A stretch of 63,009 bases of DNA, filler included, from Chiloscyllium plagiosum (lineage: Eukaryota), in assembly GCF_004010195.1 (NCBI RefSeq). It is 5 parts of one record of this genome, joined end to end, with 100 filler letters (N's around TTAATTAATTAA, not from the genome) between each part and the next. Parts side by side here need not be neighbours in the genome. Positions count along the whole stretch, not along the records: positions 50,632 to 56,837 come from NC_057712.1; positions 56,938 to 63,009 come from NC_057712.1; 3 more parts are not named here. One strand, 5' to 3'. The notes below the pieces were generated by a model. The model made no database searches and was not told the DNA's origin. It saw only the letters and a list, made by a program, of their open reading frames with translations. Of the stretch, positions 50,633-62,529 are shown one piece after another (the stretch's first letter is position 1; each line of letters begins with the position of its first letter). The position numbers and the translations under genes are program-made.

Positions 50633-50850
50633 TGTCTGTGTGGGTTTCCTCCCACAGACCAAAAATGTGCAGGTTAGATGAATTGGCCGTGGGAAATTGT
50701 CTATAGTGTCCAGAGATTTGGTGGCTATCTGGATTGGCTGTGGGAAATGCAGGGTCGGAGGGCAGAGGGTGGTCCTGGGTGGGATGCAGGATCAGAGCAG
50801 ACTCGATTGGCTGAATGGCCTCCATCCACACTAGAGGGATTCTGTGATCT
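50633..50850 (+). mobile_element. SINE fragment (HE1-related variant)
   Basis: gtgggtttcctcccacagaccaaaaatgtgcaggttag..gaattggcc core. Confidence 0.7.
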
Positions 50851-50859
50851 CCAGCCACT

Positions 50860-52067
50860 GTGGTGAGATGCTGGAGGACTGAGGGGTGGCTAATGTTGTG
50901 CCTTTATTAAAGAAAGGCTGTAATAAGGAGCCCGGGAATGAGACTTGAGTATGACATCAGTGAACAAAGATCCTTCCAGCACAGGAGGCCCTTCGGCCCT
51001 CCAAACCTGCCTGATCCGGATCTCTATCCAAACCTGCAGCCTATTTTCCAAGGATCTGTATCCCTCTGCTCCCTGCCCATTCATGTATCTGTCTAGATAC
51101 ACCTTAAATGACGCTATCGTACCCACCTCTACCACATCCGCTGGCACACTGTTCCAGGCCCCCACCACACTCTGCGTAAAGAACTTTATACATATATCTC
51201 CCCGAAACTTTTCCCCTCTCACTTTGAACTCGTGACCCCTAGTAATTGAGACCCCTACTCTGGGAAAGGGCTTCTTGCGATCCACCCTGTCTATACCTCT
51301 CATGATTTTGGAGACCTCAGTCAGGTCCCCTCTGAACCTCTGTCTTTCCAATGAAAATAATCCTAATCTACTCAACCTCCCTTCATAGCTAGCGCCGTCC
51401 ATACCAGGCAGCTTCCTGGTGAACCTCCTCTGCCCCCTCTCCAAAGCATCCGCATCCTTTTGGTAATGTGGCGACCAGAACTGTACGCAGTATTCCAAAT
51501 GTGGCCAAACCAAAGTCTTACACTACTGTAACATGACCTGCCAACTCTTGTACTCAATACCCCACCCAATAAGGAAAGCATGCTGTATGCCTTCCTGACC
51601 ACTCTATTGACCTGTATTGCCATCATCAGGGAATGATGGACCTTTTCCCTAGGATTTCCATTTACTGTATAGTTCACTCTTGAATTGGGTCTTCCAAAAT
51701 GCATCACCTCGCGCTTGCCCCGATTGCCCTCCATCTGCCATTTCTTGGCCCAACTCTCCAATCTATCTATATTCTGTTGTATTCTCTGTCAGTGGTGGGA
51801 AAGTTGTTGGAGGGGATTCTGTGGGACTTACACACATCTGGAGAGACAGGAACTGATTAGGGATAGTCAGAATGGCTTTGTGCGTGGGAAATCGTGTCTC
51901 ACAGACTTGATTGAGTTTTTTGAGGACACAACCAAAAAGATAGATAAGGGCAGAGAGGTAGACGTTGTCTATGTGGACTTTAGTGAAACCTTTTATGGGA
52001 CTAATTAGTAAAGTTAGATCACATGGGCTTCAGAGTGAGCTTGTTAATTGGATACAAAATTGGTTTG
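50860..52067. mobile_element. Plus-strand CR1 RT fragment split by a minus-strand CR1 3' part (about 50962-51788)
   Basis: Plus pieces gaggactgaggggtggctaatgttgtgcc and SQNGFVRGKSCLTDLIEFFE. Minus ORF WPHLEYCVQFWSPHY. tcagtg is present at both junctions. Confidence 0.82.
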
Positions 52068-52894
52068 NNNNNNNNNNNNNNNNNNNNNNNNNNNNNNNNN
52101 NNNNNNNNNNNNNNNNNNNNNNNNNNNNNNNNNNNNNNNNNNNNNNNNNNNNNNNNNNNNNNNNNNNNNNNNNNNNNNNNNNNNNNNNNNNNNNNNNNNN
52201 NNNNNNNNNNNNNNNNNNNNNNNNNNNNNNNNNNNNNNNNNNNNNNNNNNNNNNNNNNNNNNNNNNNNNNNNNNNNNNNNNNNNNNNNNNNNNNNNNNNN
52301 NNNNNNNNNNNNNNNNNNNNNNNNNNNNNNNNNNNNNNNNNNNNNNNNNNNNNNNNNNNNNNNNNNNNNNNNNNNNNNNNNNNNNNNNNNNNNNNNNNNN
52401 NNNNNNNNNNNNNNNNNNNNNNNNNNNNNNNNNNNNNNNNNNNNNNNNNNNNNNNNNNNNNNNNNNNNNNNNNNNNNNNNNNNNNNNNNNNNNNNNNNNN
52501 NNNNNNNNNNNNNNNNNNNNNNNNNNNNNNNNNNNNNNNNNNNNNNNNNNNNNNNNNNNNNNNNNNNAGCGTGGGCATTACGTTAGTCACATGCAATTTA
52601 TGCAATGATGCATTTCTGTGAAACTTAAGTCTTCACTTGATGAACCCACCAAGCTGTTCCTGTGAAGACTAACCCCTTCTGTTTTCACACTCCTAGAAGT
52701 CAGCAGAAAATGTTTCAGATAAATTTCATCTAAGACTATTGTAGAACGACTGAAACTTTGCTTCCTTGGTTTTGTGATACACGATGCTTAGAATTCAGCT
52801 CCAGAATTTAGGTGGCATGACATTTTCTGTACAATTCTCGTATGGTCCATGTTGGATGTTACTTTGACAAAGGTTTAGACATGATCCTTATCCA

Positions 52895-53478
52895 AGTCAG
52901 GGAGATTGAGTTTAAGAGTCTTGAGATCTTGTTGCAGCTCTATAAAACTTTGGCTAGACCACAATAGTACTGTCCAGTTCTGGTCACCCTATTATAGGAA
53001 AGATGTGGATGCTTTGGAGAGAATTCAGAGGAGGTTTATCAGGATGCTGCCTGGACTGGAGGGCTTATCTTATGAAGAGAGGTTGACTGAGCTCGGACTT
53101 TTTTCATTGGAGAAAAGGAGGAGGAGAGGGGACCTAATTGAGGTATACAAGATAATGAGAGGCATAGATAGAGTCGATAGCCAGAGACTATTTCCCAGGG
53201 CAGAAATGGCTAACATGAGGGGTCATAGTTTTAAGCTGGTTGGAGGAAAGTATAGAGGGGATGTCAGAGGCGGGTTCTTTACACAGAGAGTTGTGAGAGC
53301 ATGGAATGCGTTGCCAGCAGCAGTTGTGGAAGCAAGGTCATTGGGGACATTTAAGAGACTGCTGGACATGCATATGGTCACAGAAATTTGAGGGTGCATA
53401 CAGGAGGATCAATGGTCGGCAGAACATTGTGGGCTGAAGGGCCTGTTCTGTGCTGTACTGTTCTATGTTCTATGTTCT
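52895..53478 (+). mobile_element. CR1 LINE 3' fragment (same subfamily as 13576-14336)
   Basis: VQFWSPYYRKDVDALERIQRRF...FFTQRVVRAWNALP, with a (ttctatg)n tail. Confidence 0.92.
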
Positions 53479-53898
53479 AAGTCGCAAAGAAATGTTGTGA
53501 CTGTGTCCCCAAAGATAATACTGAAGGTCCCCACATTGTCTCCCCCTTCTGAAGCACATACAGTCCCCCTGCAGACTATGCAATCTTCTTCCAACCTCCA
53601 ACAACCTGTTTTGATCACAGCCAATCCCCAAACAATACTGCAAACCCATGGAAAACTTTTCCATACTTCAAGGATTGCTCTGTCTCCAGTCACCTAGATC
53701 ACACACAAGGCAAAGCCAACAATACCTCAGCCTCATTATTATACCTGAAGATTGGCAAATTAACTTTTGCATCTCCTATATAATTGACTAGGCTCTGTGG
53801 ATGTAGTTTTGTGCTACTGGATCTGATGCGAATCTGTCTGATTTAGCAGTGAGAGTGCAACACAGCAAGATGAGGGTATCCAACTCAGAAGACAGCAA

Positions 53899-54217
53899 TT
53901 AGATTAGATTAGATTCCCTATAGTGTGGAAACAGGCCCTTCAGCCCAACAAGTCCACACTGACCCTCTGAACAGTAACCACCCAGACCCATTTCTCTTTG
54001 ACTAATGTACCTAATACTATAGGCAATTTAGAATGGCCAATTCACCTAAGTTGCACATCTTTGGACTGTGCAAGGAAACCGGAGCACCCAGAGGAAACCC
54101 ACGCAGACACGGGGAGCATGTGTAAATTACGCAGAGACAGTCACCCGAGGGAGGAATCGAACCCGGGTCCCTGGCAATGTGAGGCAGCAGTGCTAACCAC
54201 CGAGCCACCATGCGGCC
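53899..54217 (-). mobile_element. HE1-type SINE
   Basis: (attag)n tail on the left and tRNA head gtgctaaccaccgagccaccatgcggcccc on the right. Confidence 0.9.
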
Positions 54218-55439
54218 CCATGTCTTCCTGAAGCTATCACAGACAGATGTATCTGCAACAAATAAATTGGTCAGGACAATGTCCTTGATCTTGTTGGTTC
54301 CCTCACCAGCTACTGCAGGTCCTGTAAGGAAAATATGTCCTTCAACTTGGTCAGTAATGGTGCCACTGGCCAACTTTGGCTGATGGACATTGAAGTCACC
54401 CGCCCAGAATTTGTGCTCTTTCGACTTAAGTCATGTTCAAAATGGAGGAATGATGAATTACCACCTCCTCAAAGAGAGTGATATTGAAAATCAGCAGGAG
54501 TTTTTCTTGCCCATGTGTGATCTGATGCTATGAGTTTTCATGGGGTCCGGAGTCAATGTTAAGGGTCATTCTTCCCCAGCTGTATGCTACTATGCCACCA
54601 TCTCTGGTAAAGCAGGACATATCTGGTGATGGTGCTGGTCATGTCGTTTAGCTGTATAGTATGATTTAGGTAGGACTTAGATTGTGAGGGCAAGAAAGAA
54701 AAAGCTTTACATTGCACCTAAAGCTATTACCTGACAATCAAGAGTGCTTCCCTGTGCTGTCTCACCCACACTCCATTCCCCCCATAGAAAAATAAACTGT
54801 GAGGTCAGACGTGATAGGATTTTAATCCTGCTCTCACCTTATGCTCTGATTTCCACATGCAATAAATACACTGAACAACTTATCAAAACAGGCACAGCAA
54901 GGAAAGAGATGATCTGATATGTCAGATAGTTTGTTTCAGGAGACTGTGATATGAAGCAGCAAAGAATGAATGTCACTGACTGCTTCTTAATCCCAAACCT
55001 CATCATTATACAATGTGACAGGCTAACCAACCATACTGGAATTCTTAGTTTTGCATTTCTCAGGAACAACATATTTCAAAGTAAAAGTTAATCATGCATG
55101 TGTGCGTATGTTATATGTGCACGTTTATACACTGTTAAAAATGAAAACATAAATATCATGAATTAGACTGTATAAAAATACAAAATTTATACTGTGAAAT
55201 TATTCTATCTGTTAAATATATTCTGCATAATTATTTTAGAACTAAAATCTATTCTCTGGAATTATTCTAGATATAAAATGTATGTTGTGAAATTATTCGA
55301 GAGAGGCTGATACCTTGGAGCCTCACATTGCTTGATTGGGATTTACAGACACAAGAAACTGACCTCACCTTCCTATTACAAATCCACACATTAACACACA
55401 CTAACACTATCGAGCTGGGGATTGTAACCTGTATGATCT

Positions 55440-56837
55440 ATCTCCTTCTTTCCATTTCTCTTCAAATTACATAATATTCCTTAACTTGCTTTTCTTTCGT
55501 CTCCTTTTTTTTCTCTTTCACTTGGCATTAATTCCTTCTTGTTCTGTCAGTATTTCTCAGCTACTCTCCTATTTTTTCCTCTTTGCTCTATTTCCTTGAC
55601 TCTCTCTGTCTCAAACTCATTCACCCCACAGGTTTGCTCTCGTTCTTTAGATTTCCACTCCACTTGGTTCTTTCTTGCTTCCCATTTTCTCTCCAAATAA
55701 ATCTCTCTTCTGACTTTTCACGCTTGCTCTTCCTTTCTTCCTCTTTCCCAAATTCTCCAATCGGCTTCTCTCTCTTTCTATCTCCATTCAGTGTCTCTGT
55801 GCTCCCACGGCCTTCCTAACTCCAGTTTACTTGTTATCTGTCTCTTGCTTCCATCTCTCCCCTCAATGATTATCTCTGCACAGTCTCTCTCCTCAAGCCT
55901 CCTTCTTTCGCTCACTAGTTAAATCACTTCTTTCTCCACACTATATCTCTTTCCCATTTCCCTGAATCTCTCCCTTTATGCTGTGGCCTATTCTCACTCT
56001 AATGCATACAGTTGGCCCGATCACCCCCAATACCAGCACCCTTCCTCTCAATTTCCCCTCGCTGATTTCTCTCTCTTTTGTTTTCCCTCTCTGGCAACAT
56101 TTTCCCTCACCCCTTCAGTTCCTCCCACTCCCTAGGCTGCACTCCCACCACCAAGTCTTCACCACCCCCCCATCCTGTCTCTCGATTCCTTTACCCCTAG
56201 CCTTGGTTTTTTCTCTGTGTCTCTCTCTTTTTCCAGACTCTATTCCCAGCTTCATTCCCATTCTCCCTCTCGCTTTCCTCAATCTCGCTCTGTCTGTCTC
56301 TGTCTCTCTCTCTCTAATTGCAGTCTTGCTGTATTGTTCTCCAGTTTCTATTTGCCAGTGTTTCTCTTCTCCACGTTTCCAGGTATTCCCACTATCTCTC
56401 TCTCTGTCCTTCAGGGTTTCTCCTCCAGGTCCCTTTCCCTGCCCCATATCTCTGTTAAGAATATTTCCCTCCCAGTCTTTCTCTTACAGTCTTCCCAGAC
56501 TCTGTCAACTGTATCTATCTTCTCATTCTCCTCTCTGTCTCTCTCCCCGACTAACTCCTGAAATGTTACTTTCCCTGGCCTCTCTTTACACAGATTTCTC
56601 CCCTGTTTTTCTCTCCCCAGTTTCTCCCTCCCCAGATACTCTCCCCTTGACAATCCACCCCAGTCTTTCTCACATCCAGTACATTTTGCCTCACTCCGAC
56701 AGCCCACACCTGACCCACAGACCCTTCCTGTCTCTCATTCTTACACTTTGTCCCTCTCTCATCTTTCACTCCAGTGACTCCCTCCTCCTGTCTCTCTCCC
56801 TAGTCTCTCTCATCCCCCCTCCTGTCCCTCTCCCCAA
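55440..56837. repeat. Low-complexity polypyrimidine (CT-rich) tract of about 1.4 kb
   Basis: Strong C/T bias on the plus strand with no clear period. Confidence 0.9.
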
Positions 56838-56937
56838 NNNNNNNNNNNNNNNNNNNNNNNNNNNNNNNNNNNNNNNNNNNNTTAATTAATTAANNNNNNN
56901 NNNNNNNNNNNNNNNNNNNNNNNNNNNNNNNNNNNNN

Positions 56938-57703
56938 CTGTACACCCGGCAGACTGTACCCCAAACAGTTCGCCCTGCCTGTACACCCGGCAGACTGTAC
57001 CCCAAACAGCTCGCCCTGTCTGTACACCNAACAGTTCGCCCTGCCTGTACACCCGGCAGACTGTACCCCAAACAGCTCGCCCTGCCTGTACACCAGGCAG
57101 ACTGTACCCCATGCAGCTCGCCCTGCCTGTACACGTGGCAGGCTGTACCCCATGCAGCTCGCCCTGCCTGTACACCCGGCAGACTGTACCCCAAACAGCT
57201 TGCCCTGCCTGTACACCCAGCAGACTGTACCCCAAACAGCTCGCCCTGCCTGTACCCCAAGCCGCTCGCCCTGCCTGTACACCGGGCAGATTGTACCCCA
57301 AACAGATCGCCCTGCCTGTGCACCCAGCAGACTGTACTCCAAGCAGCTCGCCCTACCTGTACACCCAGCAGACTGTACCCCAAACAGCCCACCCTGCCTG
57401 TACACCCGGCAGACTGTACCCCAAGCAGCTCACCCTGCCTGTACACCCGGCCGACTGTACCCCAAACAGCTCGCCCTGCCTGTACACCAGACAGACTGTA
57501 CCCCATGCAGCTCGCCTTGCCTGTACACCTGGCAGACTGTACCCCAAGCAGCTCGCCCTGCCTGTACACCCGGCAGACTGTACCCCATGCAGCTCGCTGT
57601 GCCTGTACACCTGGCAGACTGTACCCCAAGCAGCTCGCCCTGCCTGTACACCCGGCAGACTGTACCCCAAGCAGCTCGCTGTGCCTGTACACCAGGCAGA
57701 CTG
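56938..57703 (+). repeat. 41-bp minisatellite (ctgtacacccggcagactgtaccccaaacagctcgccctgc)n
   Basis: Period 41 (starts at 56938, 56979 and so on), about 19 units with occasional shortened ones. Confidence 0.96.
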
Positions 57704-57746
57704 CTGATTTTGAATGTTGCCCCAGCAAAGTATTGATGTTGGTTTC

Positions 57747-57845
57747 GAATTCCCCTGATGCAGTGTGGTGTCAGTTTTGAATTCCTCTGGCGGAGTGTGG
57801 TGTCATTTTTGAATTCCCCTGGTGGAGTGTGGTGTCCGGTTTGAG
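57747..57845 (+). repeat. About 32-bp repeat, three copies (gaattcccctggtggagtgtggtgtcagtttt)
   Basis: Three diverged copies read directly. Confidence 0.85.
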
Positions 57846-57939
57846 AATGTAAGCTCCCTACTTTACCTGGAATTCTTCATGGAATGATGGAGGGTGCCAT
57901 TCTGTCCATTCAGTCTGTACTAGCTCTGTCCTGGTATTT

Positions 57940-58120
57940 GAAAAATGTGTTGCTGGAAAAGCGCAGCAGGTCAGGCAGCATCCAAGGAGCAGGAGAATCA
58001 GGAAGGGCTTATGCCCGAAACGTCGATTCTCCTGCTCCTTGGACGCTGCCTGACCTGCTGCGCTTTTCCAGCAACACATTTTTCAGCTCTAATCTCCAGC
58101 ATCTGCAGTCCTCACTTTCT
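57940..58120. mobile_element. Fold-back solo PLE terminus with a 16-bp TSD
   Basis: Inverted arms 57939-57999 and 58025-58085 with one mismatch. TSD ctctgtcc(t/c)ggtattt at 57924-57939 and 58121-58136. Confidence 0.88.
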
Positions 58121-59419
58121 CTCTGTCCCGGTATTTCCATGTGAACTGCAAGCTTCCTTTTCATGTATTTCACCAGTTTGCCGTTTAAATCTGCCTCCTC
58201 TACTCTTGCAGATAGCAAGTTCCAGATCTTAACAATTCGTGATGTTAATTAACTTCCTACCTTCCTGCTTAATTTGCTCATGTTTTCCCTTAAACTACAC
58301 TCCCTGACAAAGGAACTTCAGCAGTTCTGTCCGGTCTGTGTCCAGCTAGTAGACAGGAAGGCAGGCAGTCTAATGAAGTCTAATTGTGCTGTTCTCACTT
58401 TTTCACCACCTATTGTCTTACTGCAGACGTTGCTCAGAGTGCTGGCTCAGTGCTATCACTACACTCACAGACTGACTGTATTGGCAGAGGTCTTGGACTG
58501 TCACAATCTTAATACACATGTCACACAGTTACCCTGGATACAGGTTTGGGGATTTTGGTACAATATTTATCACTGCTCAGGATCCACCTCCTTTCTACTG
58601 TCTCCCAGATAGTGAGGGAACAGGAACATACCTGGATTTGAGGATGGGTCAGTCACTGATTATGGGTGGATTACCCAAGACATACACTTGACTTGATCCT
58701 ACTATGAAAACACTAAATTGACATGATTGAGGATTTCTGGTTTGTTTTTGATACAAGCTGGGATTTCGGTACAATTCATCACACTCCTAGCCCAGTTCCT
58801 GAAGGTAAGGTTAATCAGAACTGAGTTTCTGCTGGATTTAATCTAAACTATTTGAATGAATTTGATTTAAATATCTTTAAGGATCTCTATTTCTCTTAAT
58901 TAATGGAATGTATTTGACTCACTCTGTGTCAGGTGCTATGTCTAGAATAGTTGATTAGTTTGGGGCCTAGTCAGCTCTTCTGCTACTATCTCCAATGTGT
59001 TTTACTTGAATAAAATTTGATTTTGAAAAGGAAACTGTGACTGAATTTCAGTCTGTGTCAGTCAGCACATCAAATGGGGATCGAAAGCAAGATAAGGTAA
59101 ATCTAAAGGATCATCTCACAGATATCAAAACAACGTGGAGGACTGCATTGGGACAAAACGGCAGCTCATCATCATCATCTCCGGGGGAATTAATGACAGC
59201 GAACCAGCCGCAACTGAATCTGTATATGAATAAAATCAATCCAGGGCCAACACAACTGCAGCTGAGAGGGCCCTCCCCTCTCTCGGTACCCTATCCAACT
59301 CTAATAATCCTCAATAACAAAAACAGACATTGCTGGAAAAGCTCAGCAGGTCTGGCAGCATCTGTGAAGAGAAATCAACGTTAACGTTACAGGTCCAGTG
59401 AAGTGATGATAATTCCTCT

Positions 59420-59900
59420 AATAATCCTCAACTCCATTTTTCTGCCTTTTCTCCGTAACCCTTGATTCCGTTACTGATTAAAAATCTTGTCTCTCTCATC
59501 TTTGGATGTACATAAAGACCCAGCCTTGACAGCTCTCCGTGGTAAAGAATTCCACAAATTCATCACCCTCAAAGAGAAGAAATTCCTCCTCAGCTTTGTC
59601 TTAAATTTGTGACTGCTTATTCTGAGATGATGCCCTCTCATCCCAAAGTCTCCCACAAGGACCAACAATCTCTCCACACCTCCCCTGTCAAGTTTCCTCA
59701 GAATCTTGTATATTTCAATAAGGTCGCCTCTCATTCTTCTAAACTCCAATGAGTACAGGCCCAACCGACTCAATCTGTCCTCATCAGGCAGCATCTCTTA
59801 CTGGGATCAGCCGAGTGAACCTTCTCTGGACTGCCTCCAATGCCAGTGATATCTTTCCTTGGAATAAGGGGCTAAAGCTGTTCACAGTATCCCAGTTGTG
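59420..59900 (-). mobile_element. Old CR1 3' fragment
   Basis: RLSRLGLYSLEFRRMRGDLIEIYKIL...FFSLRVMNLWNSLP. Confidence 0.85.
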
Positions 59901-59929
59901 GGCTATATCCCATGAATTCCAACCAAATT

Positions 59930-60915
59930 AATCTCCAAATTCTAAGACCGAGGTCTCTGTTCCATCTTTTGCAACTTTCCGACACTCAAGACCATCAGTG
60001 AGAATGGGCAACAGCGCCTCCTCCAGGACAATCCTCAACACCCATGTCCTGGAAGGCTGCATGCTCAGACCCCAATTGTACTCCCTGTACACATGACTGT
60101 GTGACAAAATTTTGTCCTAACTCCATCTACATCTCTCACAACACCAACATTGTAGGCCAGATCTCAAACAATCTCAAGAATACAGGGAAGAGAGTGCTGG
60201 GTGGCAGGGTGTAGAGACAACAATTTCTCCCTCAATATCAGTAAAATGAAAGGGCTGGTGATTGACTTCAGGAAGCAAGTTAGAGGGAACGCCCCTGTCC
60301 ACATCAATGAGACTGAGGTGGAGAGGTTCGAGACCACCAAGTACCAGGGAGTGACGATCACCAACAATCTGTCCTGGACGCCCACATTGATGTGATGGTC
60401 AAGAAAACACACCAACACTTCCACCTCCTCAGCCAGCTAAGGAAATTCGCAATGTCCATAAAGACTCACTAATTTTCACAGGTGCATCACAGCTTGGTAC
60501 AGTAACTGGTCTGCTCTAATCTACAGAGAGTTGTGAACACAGCCCAGTCCATCATGCAAGCCACCCTTCCATCCATTGACTCCATCTATATTTCTCACTG
60601 CCTCAGAGAGGCATTCAACATCATCAAAGACCCCTCTCACCCCAGTTATAATCTCTTCCTTTGGGCAGAAGAAACAAAGGCTTAAACACATGTACCAACC
60701 GATTCAAGAACAGCTTCTTCCCCGCTGTTATTAGACTTCTGAATGGACATCTCAAGTTTAAATTTAATGCTGATCTCACTCTTTGTGAACCTTCTCTGCA
60801 GCTGTAATGTTGTATTCCTCGCTCTATAACCCTAAGCACTTTGATCTAATCTGCCTATGCTGCTTGCAAAACTAAACTTTTCACTATACCTCGGTAAACG
60901 TGACGATAATAAATT
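59930..60915 (+). mobile_element. Rex1/Babar-type LINE, RT and 3' end
   Basis: CRDNNFSLNISKMKGLVIDFRK...YQGVTITNNLSWT and TNRFKNSFFPAVIRLLN. The 3' end matches 9586-9913. Confidence 0.8.
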
Positions 60916-61249
60916 TTAAAAACTATTTTCTTAAATGATTGCCGTTGTTCCTCTAACATATTTGCTGCTTCCCCAGTCCACTCAAACCAGCACTGCCCAC
61001 ATTTCTTTGTAATTACCTTTATTTAAGCTGAGCACACTCATTTCTAACAATGCTAAATTCTGTCACGTTCTGGTTAATGTTTCTGAGGGGATCTTTTACT
61101 GTGACATCCCTTATTAGACCTGCCTCATTAAGCATTACCAGATCCAAAATAGCCTCATCCACAACATATTATTCTATGAAACTGTGCCAAATACACACAA
61201 TGAATTCTTTCTCAGGGATTCCTCTGCCAATATTCCAACACAATCTACA

Positions 61250-61575
61250 ATGGTATGCTTGCCTCTCTTGGTCAGTGCATTGAGTATAAGAGTTGGGGGG
61301 CCATGTTGCAGCTGTACAACACATTGGTTGGGCCACTTTTGGAATATTGCATGCAATTCGAGTCTCCCTCTAGTCACAACATCTTTCTAGAAAGGGTTCA
61401 AGAAAAGGTTTGCAAGGATATTGCTGGGATTGAAGATTTGAGCTGTAGGGAGTGACTTAAAATGCTGGGGCTATTTGCCCTGGAGTGTCGGAGGCTGAGG
61501 GGTGACCTTACAGAAATTTACAAAATTATGAGGGACATGGATAGGGTGAATAGCCAAGGTCTTTTTCCCAGAGTA
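61250..61575 (+). mobile_element. CR1 fragment
   Basis: QCIEYKSWGAMLQLYNTLVGPLLEYCMQF. Confidence 0.8.
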
Positions 61576-61591
61576 GTGCTTCTTCAGAGCT

Positions 61592-61817
61592 AAAAATCTC
61601 ACAACACTAGGATATAGTCCCAACAGGTTTCTTTAGAATCACTAACGTTCGAAGCGCTGCTTCTTCAGGTGGTTGTGGAGCAAAATCATAAGAGACAGAC
61701 TTTATAGCAACAGCTATGAAGCTAGTGATTCCAAATAAATCCGTTGGACTATAACCTGGTGTTATGTGATTTTTTAACTTTGTCCACCCCAGTCCAACAC
61801 CGGCACCTCCAAATCGT
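61592..61817. mobile_element. Inverted pair of PLE-type termini (third family)
   Basis: aaaaatctcacaacactaggatatagtcc.. and its reverse complement ggactataacctggtgttatgtgatttttt. Confidence 0.7.
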
Positions 61818-62141
61818 GACTACCTTTTTCAGAGCAGTAGCAAGAGCTTCCACCTGATTGCCGCCTTGGAGAATGGGCGGTGTGGGCAGACAGGCCATCC
61901 AAAATAATGAACTTCTCATGGAGCTACAAAGGAAATCGAATCCAACCTTGACTAAAGTGATTCTGCTAATCCACCTGCTGCCGAATCCCAACAGGCTGCA
62001 GCTGCCCACAGACAGTTTGCAAACAAACCTGACAGCTGCAGACCCTGCAATACACACCTGAGGTTGGACTTGACTGGGACACGCGGGAGCAGTGAGTCAT
62101 TTGCTAGACTCTGAGGCGTCGAGCACCCTTTCTTGGAGGAC

Positions 62142-62298
62142 ATGATTTGGAGATGCAGGTGTTGGACTGGGGTGAACAAAGTTAAAAATCACAACACCAG
62201 ATTATAGTCCAACAGGTTTAATTAGAAGCACACTAGCTTTCGGAGCGACGCTCCTTCATCAGGTGGTACCACAACCTGGTGTTGTGATTTTAAACTTT
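62142..62298 (-). mobile_element. PLE-type terminus (third family) with a short inverted tip
   Basis: aaagttaaaaatcacaacaccag at about 62178-62200 and ctggtgttgtgattttaaacttt at about 62276-62298. Confidence 0.75.
62231..62265 (-). ncRNA. Minimal type-I hammerhead ribozyme motif (third family)
   Basis: Minus CAC-CTGATGA-A-GGAGC gtc GCTCC-GAAAGCTA-GTG: 3-bp stem I, 5-bp stem II, palindromic AGCT helix III and a CUA triplet. Confidence 0.72.
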
Positions 62299-62529
62299 CC
62301 TTGGAAAGTGTAAACCCAGCACCTAGCATACTTCAGGGCCACCCTGCATTCAAAATGCCAACACCTGGTTGGGTCTGATCGATCAGGGTAATCAAACCTG
62401 ATCGATCCATTGGCACATCCTCAAGACCCTCCCAAAAGGGCACGAAGGCTCAGAAGGATAAGAATCAATACAAAACCCCACTCAGCATGGTAACTCGAGA
62501 ATAACCACTGGAAGAGAAGACACCTCCAT

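Noticed and set aside
51965..52621. ORFs spanning the 500-N gap
   Set aside because: They are artefacts of translating Ns.
55978..57780. 303-aa Leu/Ser/Pro-rich ORF and overlapping repeat ORFs
   Set aside because: They reflect low-complexity and minisatellite composition.
61824..62044. Exon-like open frame on the minus strand with AG/GT ends
   Set aside because: It has no resemblance to dynein or any family I recognise, and no other support.
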